Below, in pieces: positions 49,796 to 59,658 of a DNA stretch of 64,000 nt. Origin of the DNA: Truepera sp. (GTDB lineage: Bacteria; Deinococcota; Deinococci; Deinococcales; Trueperaceae). The position numbers and the translations under genes are program-made. How positions within the stretch are numbered: the stretch's first letter is position 1; every line of letters begins with the position of its first letter. The notes below the pieces were generated by a model, which was not told the origin of the DNA, searched no databases, and saw only the letters and a program-made list of their open reading frames with translations. Location: contig CBDCKW010000009.1 of assembly GCA_965218435.1 (NCBI GenBank), positions 3,880,607 through 3,944,606 on the forward strand. The letters are read 5' to 3'.

Positions 49796-51547
49796 TTACC
49801 AGCCGACGATCACATCTACCTGGCGCGGATTAGGGTTCTGTAGCAAGGTGCTCTTCTCAAATACGTCGTCGTAAGCGAAACCGTAAGCTTTGCCGTCAAG
49901 GCTGCGGTCGTGCCAGAACTTGGCGTAAAAGTTCGCCGGGGCGTTGCGGTAATAGAGGCTATCGTCGGCCCAGCGGCTGGGGTCTACGTCGATCACCACG
50001 TGGCGGTTGATAGCGGCGGCGAGCTGCGCCTCGACGACCTTCTCGAGGTCACTCCCGCGAGCAAACGCGCCGCTGGCCTCGAACACTTCGATGCTGCTCG
50101 GTTTGTTGACCACCAGACCCGCTGGCCCCCCATCTCTGGCGAATACGAAATTATCCCCCTGCACGCGGCCTCTAAAGGTACCCGCCTGATTCGTCAGCAC
50201 CAGGTCACGGCCCCGGTAGGTGTCCCAAATCTGATTGATGTAGGGGTTAAAGTAGCCCGCTTGTGAACGTCCGGCGGCGAACTCTCCGGCTTTAGGTGCG
50301 ACGATGCGGTAGGGCCGCCGGACCAAGGAGCGGAACTCGGCTTGTGGCAAGTTGGCGAAGTCGTTAAAAATCTGTGCGCGGGAGACGTTTTCACCCAGAG
50401 TGCGGTCAAAACCGTCGTTGGAGACGAGGCGGAGCCGCGTGGGAAAGCCAAACTGGTCAACGCGGGTCGTGTTCCCGAAAAACCCGATGTCGTTATAGGT
50501 GAATTCGCCGAAATCGAACACCACGTCTTGGTTGGGGTCTGAGGGGTTGTTGATGTCGGGTCCGGCAAACCCGACGCCGCCCGGTACCCCTAAAACCTCG
50601 AGAAACATCGGCGAACCGACGCTCAAAAAGATGCGGGCACCGTACATCTTAGGCAAGGTAAAGGTGCCGACGTCGCTCACGCGGTTAAAGTAATTCGCGT
50701 AGTTTTTGCCATTCTTGCTGAGGTGACCCGGCGCGGTGTTGTCTCCCGGCGACGCAGCCACCAAGTTGCCGCTGCGGTTGAGGTACGAGAGCGCGTTGTT
50801 CGCCGGATTATAGCCGAGGATGGCCCAGTACACCTGAGCATCCGGGTAAGCTCCGTTCGTCTGGTTGAGGACCCGAAAATTGATCCGCCCGGCCGGGGCT
50901 GGCGGCAAGATGACGCCACCGCCGTTACCGCCGCCGGTGCCGGTGCCAGTGGCCCACGGATCGTAGATATTCCAGCTGGCGTCTTGGTCGAAGCTGTTGG
51001 GCGTATCACTTTTTAGCGGTCCACCTCTTTGGGCCAACCACACCTCAGCGTTAAAGTGCCGCAGATAACGGCCGGGAAAGTTCTTCGATTCAAACGAGAT
51101 ACCCGTACCCGAAAGTCCGTCGCGCCCGCACCAGGTGGCGTCTCGCTTAAATAAATCGCTGTTGTCGTTACGGTCTAAGCGGACCCGCGAAGCCTGATGT
51201 CGTAAAAACGAACCGGGATAGTTGAGCGACTCTAAAGAGTAGCAGCTCGAGTCGGCCAATCCGGGGACGACCTTCCAGGTGGCATCTTGTTTGAGCAGGT
51301 CGGCGCTGCCCGAATTCACAATTTCAGTAAAGCCCAAGCCGCCCGCGTGCCGGAGGAAGCGGTTCGTCAAACCGGGAGTCGTCACCTGAAACGACTGATA
51401 CTGACCCACGCGCGGCGTTACCGCTTGAGGGGTGAGGGTCGGTGCGTCTAAACCGCAGGCGCTCAGGATCAGACCGAGCAGTACCAGCAAAACTGTTTTG
51501 ATACCTAAGTTTTTCGCTGTCAGGGTTGTAGCACGTCTTCGGTTCAT
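49796..51547 (-). CDS. Lipoprotein: AbfB/CBM42-like trefoil plus GH64 beta-1,3-glucanase
   Basis: Lipobox ILSAC; SLESLNYPGSFLRH/DATW repeats; EFTYN..NTTRVDQF, AYGFAYDDV. Confidence 0.87.
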   Translation of the reverse strand: MNRRRATTLTAKNLGIKTVLLVLLGLILSACGLDAPTLTPQAVTPRVGQYQSFQVTTPGLTNRFLRHAGGLGFTEIVNSGSADLLKQDATWKVVPGLADSSCYSLESLNYPGSFLRHQASRVRLDRNDNSDLFKRDATWCGRDGLSGTGISFESKNFPGRYLRHFNAEVWLAQRGGPLKSDTPNSFDQDASWNIYDPWATGTGTGGGNGGGVILPPAPAGRINFRVLNQTNGAYPDAQVYWAILGYNPANNALSYLNRSGNLVAASPGDNTAPGHLSKNGKNYANYFNRVSDVGTFTLPKMYGARIFLSVGSPMFLEVLGVPGGVGFAGPDINNPSDPNQDVVFDFGEFTYNDIGFFGNTTRVDQFGFPTRLRLVSNDGFDRTLGENVSRAQIFNDFANLPQAEFRSLVRRPYRIVAPKAGEFAAGRSQAGYFNPYINQIWDTYRGRDLVLTNQAGTFRGRVQGDNFVFARDGGPAGLVVNKPSSIEVFEASGAFARGSDLEKVVEAQLAAAINRHVVIDVDPSRWADDSLYYRNAPANFYAKFWHDRSLDGKAYGFAYDDVFEKSTLLQNPNPRQVDVIVGW

Positions 51548-51596
51548 AACGTCCTTTCTTTATTGGGGCTTAGGGAATCTTCTACTGATCTAAGCT

Positions 51597-53057
51597 CTAG
51601 TCCGTTACCAGCGGGTCGAGCTGTTTAGCAAACGGATAGCCGTCACGGGCGTCCCAATCGAGCCGCCAGTCAAACACCCCTTTGACCTGCGGGTAGCGGG
51701 CCTCGAGCTTCTTAAAGGTGTCAACGACTGAGTCAATTTTCCAGTAGTTATTGAGTTCGTTGTTGACGCCGAAACCGACTACTACGTTCTGTGGCCCCAT
51801 TAAAGCCATCCAGATTTTAATGTTTTCTAACAAGTAAGCGGGGTCTGAAAGGTCGGGGCCGTCGTAGTACTGCGGCGCACAGTAGTCGAGCGCACCGGCG
51901 TCCAACATAGCTTTACAAAACTGCTGGTCGCGTTTATTCCACGGTGCGGGCGGCGCGGTGATTAAAAAGCCGGGATAACGGCGCTTAAGTTCTTTGGCAA
52001 CCCAGATCATTTCAGGCGTATTGGGGTCGGCTTCGGCCTCGAAGGTATTAAAGTCCAGGCCGTCAAAGCCGCCCCACGCGTTGTAAAACTTCACGACGCT
52101 GTTCACGAAGTTTTGCGACACGTTGCGGTCGGTAAAGCGGACCGCTTGCCCCGCCCCACCTGCTGAAAGGATAAACTTGCGCCCCTGCCGACGGGAGAGC
52201 TGCATATCTGCGGCCCAGTTGGTCCAGGCACCGTTTCCATCGGGGGGCGCGGCAAACTTCAGCGTACCGGCAGGCTCGCCCCCGGCTTGGGTAGCCGAAA
52301 ACAGATAGATCAGGTTGTAATTGGGGTCAATGTCTTTAAGGCGTGGGACGCTCCCGGCAAAGGTCGCGTAATAGGCGGCGACGACCTTATTCCCATTTCC
52401 GCTAGGGGGCGTGGGCGGTTGCGGGGCCTCACAGGTGGTGGGTTGCCAGTACCAAGTGCTGATCGTCGGGTCGGTTTCGTCGGTGCCTCCAGCGACGACG
52501 TTGACGACCTTGTAGTAGCGTCCGTTAGCCGGATAGAGCGCAACGTCGCCGAGCTGATAGTTCGTCCCGGGCGTCCAGGTCAGGGCGTGACAAGTATTGG
52601 CGCTCGCCGTGCGCGTGACCCGCACCGAGCTCACGAGATCGTTGAAGTTGTTATCTATCAAACAGCTGTCATCCCCGGTTAACGTGAGGCTGCGGCCCTG
52701 ATAATTCGCGTCGAGAAAGAGTTCGACTTGGTAGCCGTCGGCGACCCGGACGGAAGAAACGTTGTCGTTGGGCATTCCGAGGGCGATAAGGTCGTTGTAG
52801 TTGTAATTACCTGCGCCCAACTGAACGCTCTCACCTGAGAAATTGCAGTCCAGATAGAGCACAACCGCACCGGTAGCTGCACTGACGAGTTGCGGCGGCG
52901 CGGCAGCGGGCGTGGTGACTACGTTACACGCGCTGAGGAGAAAGAGTAGCCCTGCTGCGAGTAGGGTAACGAGGGCAGGTTTAGAACGGCGCTGGTTGCG
53001 CTGCGTCGCTGGTAAAAACTCTGCGAGGGGTGACGGAAGGTTGGGTCGGTCTTTCAT
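51597..53057 (-). CDS. Lipoprotein: crystallin domain, CBM5/12-like domain and atypical GH18 domain
   Basis: Lipobox LLSAC; WTPGTNYQLGD; YNLIYLF, LSAGGAG, FDGLDFNTFE, APQYYD. Confidence 0.75.
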   Translation of the reverse strand: MKDRPNLPSPLAEFLPATQRNQRRSKPALVTLLAAGLLFLLSACNVVTTPAAAPPQLVSAATGAVVLYLDCNFSGESVQLGAGNYNYNDLIALGMPNDNVSSVRVADGYQVELFLDANYQGRSLTLTGDDSCLIDNNFNDLVSSVRVTRTASANTCHALTWTPGTNYQLGDVALYPANGRYYKVVNVVAGGTDETDPTISTWYWQPTTCEAPQPPTPPSGNGNKVVAAYYATFAGSVPRLKDIDPNYNLIYLFSATQAGGEPAGTLKFAAPPDGNGAWTNWAADMQLSRRQGRKFILSAGGAGQAVRFTDRNVSQNFVNSVVKFYNAWGGFDGLDFNTFEAEADPNTPEMIWVAKELKRRYPGFLITAPPAPWNKRDQQFCKAMLDAGALDYCAPQYYDGPDLSDPAYLLENIKIWMALMGPQNVVVGFGVNNELNNYWKIDSVVDTFKKLEARYPQVKGVFDWRLDWDARDGYPFAKQLDPLVTD

Positions 53058-53144
53058 AATAGTTCACCTCGGAGGGTGCTGCTAAAATTACCGGTTGCTC
53101 GGCGGCTGAGTACGTACTCAGCCGTTAATTAGACCCTCGAGGGG

Positions 53145-54932
53145 TTACTTCAGCGCGTTATAGATCGTTTTGCTGAGCGTCGCATTCCGATCTTCGCCGT
53201 CCATTGACCAGGCCATCGAGCCGCCCAAGCCCCGCTGCTTGATGTAGTTCATCTTGATGGTTAAGACTTCAGGATCGTCGTAGCTCCAGAACTCGTTACC
53301 GTCAAACTTCCACATTTGCTTGGTGACACTGCTGCGGTAGACGGACCCGGGTTTGTTAACGAGTACGTTGTAGTTGTCAATCCCCGCTTCGTACTCACCT
53401 TGAGGGATACCGCTCGCACTCTGGTAAAGGCCGTTGTTGGCGCTCCCGACGCCGCGCCAGCCGCGCCCGTAGTACGGTACGCCGACGACGAGTTTTTGTG
53501 CCGGTGCGCCTGCGCGTAAGTAGGTATTGACGGCGGTGTCTACGCTCCAGGTTTTTTCTTCGGCACCGCCGGGGCTCGCCGGGTCGGTATAGAGGTTCGA
53601 GTGAAAATTGGTCGGGCCAGTGGTCGCCCAACCGCCCCGGAAGTCGTAGGTCATTACGTTCATCAGGTCGAGCGAACGGGCGATGTTGGTGACCTCGAGC
53701 TTCCCGATTTTCGACGTTGCGGCGGGCAGCGCCGCAGTCAGGAGTTTGCCGCTCCCGGTTGCATCAAGTTGACGGCGAAACTCTTCTAACAAAAGCGTAA
53801 AGTTGCGCGTGTCTTCAGCCTGGACGATGTTCCCGGTGTTGCCTTCACTGCCGGGGTACTCCCAATCGATGTCGATGCCGTCAAACACGCCCAGCGCACT
53901 GCCGGGGCCACCCGCGCCGTCAGCTACCGGCAAGTTCCCTTTGATATAGATGTCTACACAGCTGCTGACGAACTTTTTACGGGCCGCGTCGGTTAAGGCC
54001 ACGTCGCTGAAGTTTTTGCTCCACGTCCAGCCACCGAGTGAAATAAGGACTCTGAGCCCCGGATACTTGGCTTTAAGTTCTTTAAGCTGATTGAAGTTAC
54101 CCTTGAGCTTTTGATCCCACACGTCAGCCACGCCGTCTACACTCTCACTACCGGTAAACGCCTTGCCGTAGTCGGCAAACGAATCGCTGATCCCCGGCGC
54201 GGTCACAGTACAGGTTCCTTCGGGCGTGATGCCGCCGAAGGCGTAGTTAAGGTGCGTCAGCGTCGCGGCTGCGCCGCTCCGGTCCATATCGGCGAGTCTG
54301 AAGTTACGCGTGTAGATGCCCCACTGCACAAAGTAACCGACGCGTTTGTAGCCGCCGGTGTTCGGGGGCGGTGGGGTGACGGTAGCCTTGGCGATCTTGA
54401 ACGACGAGGCTTTGTCGTTAAAGTCGGCGGGTAAAGCCGGAGTATCGGCGGAGAAGGTCTTAGCCGCGCCGCCGTAGTTGATGTCATCAAAAAGCTGAAC
54501 CTGATAGCCGCTCTGAACCTTGACCGAACTGATGCGGTCGTTCCACGCGGAGCCGACCCACGAGCTGTCGGCGTCGGCGCAGAACGACGCGCCGCCGTAG
54601 TTGCCGTTTTCAAAAAAGCACGCGGTCCCGCTGGCTGGTGGGGGTGGCGGCGTGGTGCCGCCACTACACCCGTCAGTTACTTTCGTCCACGGTTGACCGC
54701 TTCCTTCAGGGCCGCTATTTGTCGCCGGATTGTTGCCCTGCGTCCACCAGTTCGCCTTATAGGTCACGCCGTTATAGACGACCGTGTCGCCAGCGGTATA
54801 AGCGGTAGTTGCGTTCCAGGCTACGCAGCTGACTGCCTGCGTCCCGACCTCGGCGGCGGGTTCAGGGAGCTTAGAGGTGTTGCAGCTCGCAAGCAGCAGC
54901 GCGAGTCCGGCGATTTTCCACATTCCGTTCAT
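53145..54932 (-). CDS. Lipoprotein chitinase: CBM5/12, crystallin domain and GH18
   Basis: Lipobox LLASC; AWNATTAY..YKANWWTQG; SLGGWTWS, FDGIDIDWEYP, MTYDF. Confidence 0.93.
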   Translation of the reverse strand: MNGMWKIAGLALLLASCNTSKLPEPAAEVGTQAVSCVAWNATTAYTAGDTVVYNGVTYKANWWTQGNNPATNSGPEGSGQPWTKVTDGCSGGTTPPPPPASGTACFFENGNYGGASFCADADSSWVGSAWNDRISSVKVQSGYQVQLFDDINYGGAAKTFSADTPALPADFNDKASSFKIAKATVTPPPPNTGGYKRVGYFVQWGIYTRNFRLADMDRSGAAATLTHLNYAFGGITPEGTCTVTAPGISDSFADYGKAFTGSESVDGVADVWDQKLKGNFNQLKELKAKYPGLRVLISLGGWTWSKNFSDVALTDAARKKFVSSCVDIYIKGNLPVADGAGGPGSALGVFDGIDIDWEYPGSEGNTGNIVQAEDTRNFTLLLEEFRRQLDATGSGKLLTAALPAATSKIGKLEVTNIARSLDLMNVMTYDFRGGWATTGPTNFHSNLYTDPASPGGAEEKTWSVDTAVNTYLRAGAPAQKLVVGVPYYGRGWRGVGSANNGLYQSASGIPQGEYEAGIDNYNVLVNKPGSVYRSSVTKQMWKFDGNEFWSYDDPEVLTIKMNYIKQRGLGGSMAWSMDGEDRNATLSKTIYNALK

Positions 54933-54992
54933 CTTTTCTCCTTTGACTGTTGGTTCTACCCTGTAGCGCAAAACTAAAGCTAGCCAACAGCG

Positions 54993-56447
54993 TTAGTAGG
55001 CTACAAACTCAACTCGGCCGAGCGATACGCCGTCGTTATTCGCGCGGATGGTTAGGGTCTGAGTGCCTGCGCCGATACCGGCAAAATCAACGTTGACAGT
55101 CTGTCCCCGGTCAAACGAAAGAGGGATGGTGCGTCCGGCAAACCCAACCGTAATTGAGCGGCTATCCGAGCTACTGTTACTCGTAACCTTAAGCCGCAGA
55201 TTGGCTGAGCGCGTGACGTTGACGCTCCAGCTTTTCGTGGCACCGTTGCCGATCCCGCCGACGCTACTACTCACTACGCCGGGAGCGTTGACGCTGCCGG
55301 ACGGTGCCCCGGTATTGTTGATAATCTTAAATGACGACACTCGGTCGTTAAAGCCAAAGTCGACGAATGAGCCGTAATCACCGTTAAGGGCGTAACCCTG
55401 GCCACCAAAGTTAATGTCATCAAACACCTGGACTTGGTAGCCGCTTTTGACCTTAACCGAGCTGATCCGGTCGTTCCAAGCGTTGCCTACCCAGCTACTA
55501 TCGCCGTCGGCGCAAAACGAAGCACCACGGTACTGGGTATCTTCGTAAAAACACACGTTTCCACCGCTGCCGCCGGGCCTGCCATAAATTGCGGCGATGG
55601 CGTTCAGGTCACCTTGGGTAAAGCCGTTGATCTCATCGTTGCCGACGCGTTCGGGCGGAAAGCCGTTTTTAGGGACATAATCCCAGCGGCCGTTTACAAA
55701 GTAGTTACGGTAGTGCATCATCGACTGAAAGTCGTACGGGCCGATCGGGGTGCCCGCCGAGCCGTAGTCGATTGCGTTTTGACTGCCGCCCGCGTTGACC
55801 ACAACCCACTGGTCGCGGTCTTGTCGCACCTGTTCGTGGGCCAGCCCGACCGCGTGCCCCAGTTCGTGACGGGCTGGGTTGACGCCGCAGCCATTTCCAA
55901 GCGACAACTCTTGTCTACCGCCGATTCTGCCGATATACGACCAGCAGCCATTTTTAGAGACGACGCTGACATAATCGGCTTGACTCGTCCGGGGCACGAA
56001 ACGGACGACGGTTTTGGCGTCGTAGTCGGTTTTGGCCTTCAAGAAGGCGTCACGGTCAACTTGCGTTGCGCCGGGGTCGAAAACGTAAGGGATGACCGCG
56101 CCCGGCCACTTTTGACCGGTCGCATTGACGATACCCGAGCCTTGGGGGGCAAGCGCATTGCTGTCAAGTCGCCGTAAAACCTGTTTGTCCGGTGCAATAA
56201 GGGTTTGCCCCTCGAGCCGAGCAATTGCAACATCCCCGACAAAAGCGTGATCGCCTTTAAGCACCGCAGTTACGGGTTGCTTAAAGCCTAAGAGTCTGGC
56301 CTTAAACTCCTGACCTTGAGGGTGCTGTGAGGCGTAGAGTAGGTCACTCTTAGCAGTGACAGGCGCAGTACTGTCTCTGTCTAAACTGCTACAAGCTGCC
56401 AATAGTACTAGTAGTCCGGCCATAGCAAATGAAAAGCTCTTCATCAT
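54993..56447 (-). CDS. Lipoprotein: astacin (M12A) metalloprotease, crystallin domain and C-terminal beta-sandwich
   Basis: Lipobox LLAAC; GCWSYIG, HELGHAVGLAHEQVRQDRD, Met-turn SMMHY. Confidence 0.9.
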   Translation of the reverse strand: MMKSFSFAMAGLLVLLAACSSLDRDSTAPVTAKSDLLYASQHPQGQEFKARLLGFKQPVTAVLKGDHAFVGDVAIARLEGQTLIAPDKQVLRRLDSNALAPQGSGIVNATGQKWPGAVIPYVFDPGATQVDRDAFLKAKTDYDAKTVVRFVPRTSQADYVSVVSKNGCWSYIGRIGGRQELSLGNGCGVNPARHELGHAVGLAHEQVRQDRDQWVVVNAGGSQNAIDYGSAGTPIGPYDFQSMMHYRNYFVNGRWDYVPKNGFPPERVGNDEINGFTQGDLNAIAAIYGRPGGSGGNVCFYEDTQYRGASFCADGDSSWVGNAWNDRISSVKVKSGYQVQVFDDINFGGQGYALNGDYGSFVDFGFNDRVSSFKIINNTGAPSGSVNAPGVVSSSVGGIGNGATKSWSVNVTRSANLRLKVTSNSSSDSRSITVGFAGRTIPLSFDRGQTVNVDFAGIGAGTQTLTIRANNDGVSLGRVEFVAY

Positions 56448-56558
56448 TTTCGCTTTTTCTCCTTGTGGGCTCGGTCATAAAATAGTTTCGCCAGGGGAGT
56501 AAGCCCGTGTTGAGTCCGTTTCAAACGCGGCTCCTCGTTTCCCCAGGTGATGCGGACG

Positions 56559-56597
56559 CCTAAGAGACCATTTCCGACCAAGGTTGGGTCTCTTAGG
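56559..56597. repeat. Intergenic inverted repeat
   Basis: CCTAAGAGACC...GGTCTCTTAGG between the GH81 and astacin genes. Confidence 0.6.
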
Positions 56598-56684
56598 TAC
56601 TAGGGCGTTCGGTCCTAGTTCTCTCAGGGTTGTCCGTTACATAACGCCTCCTTCAAGGTGTGGCGGCTACCGTTAAAACCGCCC

Positions 56685-59546
56685 TTAGAACGTGACGAAT
56701 TCAACCTTGCCGAGCGAAACGCCGTCGTTATCAGCGCGGATACTTAAGGTTTGGCTGCCCGCCCCAATCCCCGGAAAATCTATGTTGAGAGTCTGGCCCG
56801 CGTCGTACGAGAGCGGAATGGTGCGCCCGGTGAAGCTCACCGTAAGCGAGCGGCTGTTTAAGGTGCCCGCAGCGGTAACTTTGAGGCGTAAGTTAGCTGC
56901 CCTGGTCACGTTAAGTTGCCAGGTTTTGCTCGAGCCGTTCGCTACTGCGCCCGCATTTTCCGTTACGACGCCCGGAACGTTGACGCTGCCCGCAGGCGGG
57001 GGCGTGCTGAGCTGAGAAATCTTAAACGATGAGGCTTGATCGTTGAAGTCGGGCAGTGACGCAGCGTCGCCGGTCAATGTCTTGCTCGAGCCGCCGTAGT
57101 TGCTGTCCCAGTAGAGCTGGACTTGATAACCGGATTTAACCTTAACTGAGCTGATACGGTCGTTCCAGGCGCTGCCGACCCAGCTGCTGCTGGCGTCGGC
57201 GCAAAACGACGCGCCCTGGTAGTTGTTGTGTTCAAAAAAGCACGCGACGCCGCTCGGGGCCGGGGGTGGCGGTGTGGTCCCGCCTCCACTACCGCGTGAC
57301 GTAGCGAGGGAACGCGCTGGGACGTCTAAGCGGCCACCGTCTGAATAGGTTACGGTCGTTGCAGCGTTGCCGGGGTTATACGCCACGTAGGTACGCGCGG
57401 TCCCTTTGTCAAAGGCGACGGCTGTGGGAGAGCTCGAGGTCAACCCAAAAACCGGACGCCCCAGCGCGTTGAGGTTGTGAATCCAGTGATAGGTAAACGC
57501 TTTAGACTGCCCCTCTTCGGGGGTGTACCCCGGATTGGCGTCAAACCTCGAGATCGCTGCGGCCGGGTCCGTAAGCGCCAGATAGCTCCACCAGATATCT
57601 TGCCAGACCCCCGGTTCGCCACCTTTTTCGCTGATCATGTGGTTCCAGTTCGTCTTGATGTAATCGGGGCGGCTGCCCAGATATATCGAACCGGGTTGAA
57701 TCGGTAAGAGGTTGATGCCCTGAATCTTTTCAGGTTCGGCGGTAAACCACGTCGAGTACGACCCCCCGTCGCCCCAGTTCATCCCGACGGCCGGGTGCCG
57801 AAAGTCGCTCGGGTAGACGGCGTCATCAACGTCAAACCAGTACTGCTCGATGGCGCTGACTTCGGTGGCGTAGAGGTACTCGCCCAGGTCGCGGATGCCA
57901 GCGTCGCCAATCGCTGCGCCCCAGAGCACGACGCCGGTCGCAAAGTTGATGGCTTCAGATGACGATTCGTTGTTGTTGCCCGCCGCAAACCCGGCGTGAC
58001 CCGACGCCCACGAGTGTCCGGCGTAGGGGTCGAAGTTGCGGAGTTTGGGGAAGCGGCTGTCCTGACCGGGGTTGGCGGCGTCAAAAATTAGGTCGTTGAT
58101 CTGGTTTTTCCATTGCTGTGCCCAATCGGGGTCGTACACTGAAATGGCGGCGGCGGCCTGCACGAAGTAGCCGTAGTGAAAGTGATGATCGTTGAGTTCA
58201 GTATCCGAGCCATACGAAGCCGGGTAGCCGATCAGCGTACCCCACACGTCGTCGTAAGCGAAGTATTGTGGGCCGCCCGGGGTGAGCCACGCCTCGAGCG
58301 ACGCTTTCATATTGTTCAAAAAGGCGTCTCTAGCCCCCGTGTTGCCGAGCTGAGCCGCGATATGCGCTAAATCTCCGGCGCGGCCTAAACTTTTACCGAC
58401 CCAGTAGGTATCGTTCCCGGTGATGCCCGGTTTCGCCGCCGCTTCGTTCACATAGCCCGCCAAGCGGTTGCGGTCATAAGTCCCGAGGTCGGGCAAGGTC
58501 GGCAAGACGCCGCTGAATTTAAGACTGGTCGAAAAGCTGTTGCCGTTCAAAACTTTCATGGTGCTGCGGGCCGAATTGTAGGTGTAGCCGGTCAGCGCCG
58601 CGCTGCTGTTTAACCACTGATGCCGGTACAAAGCCATCAAGGGCCGCGTTTCCGCCCCCTCTTTGACTTGCGTCGTCGCCGTGTAGGTTGTGGTGATATT
58701 GCCGTTATCCACACGGTACGTGACTTTGGTATCGGTGACGAACGCAAAGGCGTGCTGCGCGAACTCGTTTAAGGTTGAACCGTTCCGGTCGGGCAGCGCC
58801 GCGACGGAGAAGTAATCTTTGCCGCCTAGGTTCGAGCGGAGCGTATTGCCGCTGATACTCCAACTCGAGCCCGCCGGGGCAAAGAGCCCGTAGTCGCGAC
58901 CGCGAATCGAGACGCCGACGACGTTGCCGTTATTTGCCCACACGTCCGGCGCACCGTTAAAGGTGACCTGCGCGTCGCCGCCGGTTTTGGTCGCGTACAC
59001 GTACGGTAGGCCGTGGCCGAAGGTGGCCCGCAGGCTCGAGCCCCCGCCACTCCAGTAAGCGCTGACGGTCCAGTCGCTGTATCCGTCTAACTTCGCGTCC
59101 GGTGAGCTGAGCCCGGCGACGCCGAGCGTAAAGTCTTTGGTGTAGGTATATTCGTATTTGCGCTGATCCGGGGTAATCACATACGTTTTCGGATACGAGA
59201 CGCCCAAACCGCCCGCTTCGGCTTGCATCGCCAAAGGGTGCGCGTGCATGGTTGTGCTGTAGGGGTTATCTGGGTAACGCTGAAAGACGAGCGACGACCA
59301 CCAGTCGTTCGTCGGAGTGGGGCCACGGACGTTCGCGGTTCGCTTCGGCGCAACCGGTGTGCCGACGTTGTTCTCCGGGCCTCTGGCACCGGGGGGCAAG
59401 GCGCTGGTGACAAGTTCGGGCTCGGCGGGTGCGCTGTTATCCCCCAACTGCGTACAAGACGTGATACCGAGTAGGAGCAGCGCCCCTAACCCGGCGGCGC
59501 GGAGTCCTGTTCGTCTGCTTTTGCTCAAGTACTTTGGTAGATTCAT
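56685..59546 (-). CDS. Lipoprotein: GH81 endo-beta-1,3-glucanase, crystallin domain and C-terminal beta-sandwich
   Basis: Lipobox-like ITSC; PTNDWWSS, LNDHHFHYGY, GHSWASG, ESSSEA. Start MNLPKY after GAGG. Confidence 0.92.
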   Translation of the reverse strand: MNLPKYLSKSRRTGLRAAGLGALLLLGITSCTQLGDNSAPAEPELVTSALPPGARGPENNVGTPVAPKRTANVRGPTPTNDWWSSLVFQRYPDNPYSTTMHAHPLAMQAEAGGLGVSYPKTYVITPDQRKYEYTYTKDFTLGVAGLSSPDAKLDGYSDWTVSAYWSGGGSSLRATFGHGLPYVYATKTGGDAQVTFNGAPDVWANNGNVVGVSIRGRDYGLFAPAGSSWSISGNTLRSNLGGKDYFSVAALPDRNGSTLNEFAQHAFAFVTDTKVTYRVDNGNITTTYTATTQVKEGAETRPLMALYRHQWLNSSAALTGYTYNSARSTMKVLNGNSFSTSLKFSGVLPTLPDLGTYDRNRLAGYVNEAAAKPGITGNDTYWVGKSLGRAGDLAHIAAQLGNTGARDAFLNNMKASLEAWLTPGGPQYFAYDDVWGTLIGYPASYGSDTELNDHHFHYGYFVQAAAAISVYDPDWAQQWKNQINDLIFDAANPGQDSRFPKLRNFDPYAGHSWASGHAGFAAGNNNESSSEAINFATGVVLWGAAIGDAGIRDLGEYLYATEVSAIEQYWFDVDDAVYPSDFRHPAVGMNWGDGGSYSTWFTAEPEKIQGINLLPIQPGSIYLGSRPDYIKTNWNHMISEKGGEPGVWQDIWWSYLALTDPAAAISRFDANPGYTPEEGQSKAFTYHWIHNLNALGRPVFGLTSSSPTAVAFDKGTARTYVAYNPGNAATTVTYSDGGRLDVPARSLATSRGSGGGTTPPPPAPSGVACFFEHNNYQGASFCADASSSWVGSAWNDRISSVKVKSGYQVQLYWDSNYGGSSKTLTGDAASLPDFNDQASSFKISQLSTPPPAGSVNVPGVVTENAGAVANGSSKTWQLNVTRAANLRLKVTAAGTLNSRSLTVSFTGRTIPLSYDAGQTLNIDFPGIGAGSQTLSIRADNDGVSLGKVEFVTF

Positions 59547-59658
59547 AGCTTCCTCTTTTCTTAGTTGGCTGCCGGGGTAGACGGTGGAGGCGTAGACGTT
59601 ACGGAAACGACAGTTAAGGGATTTCGGCATTTGAGGTCGAGGTCTTGACCTCTAAGCG

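Noticed and set aside
56450..56684. Possible riboswitch between the GH81 and astacin genes
   Set aside because: Hairpins are present but I could not match any riboswitch consensus; an Rfam scan would settle it.
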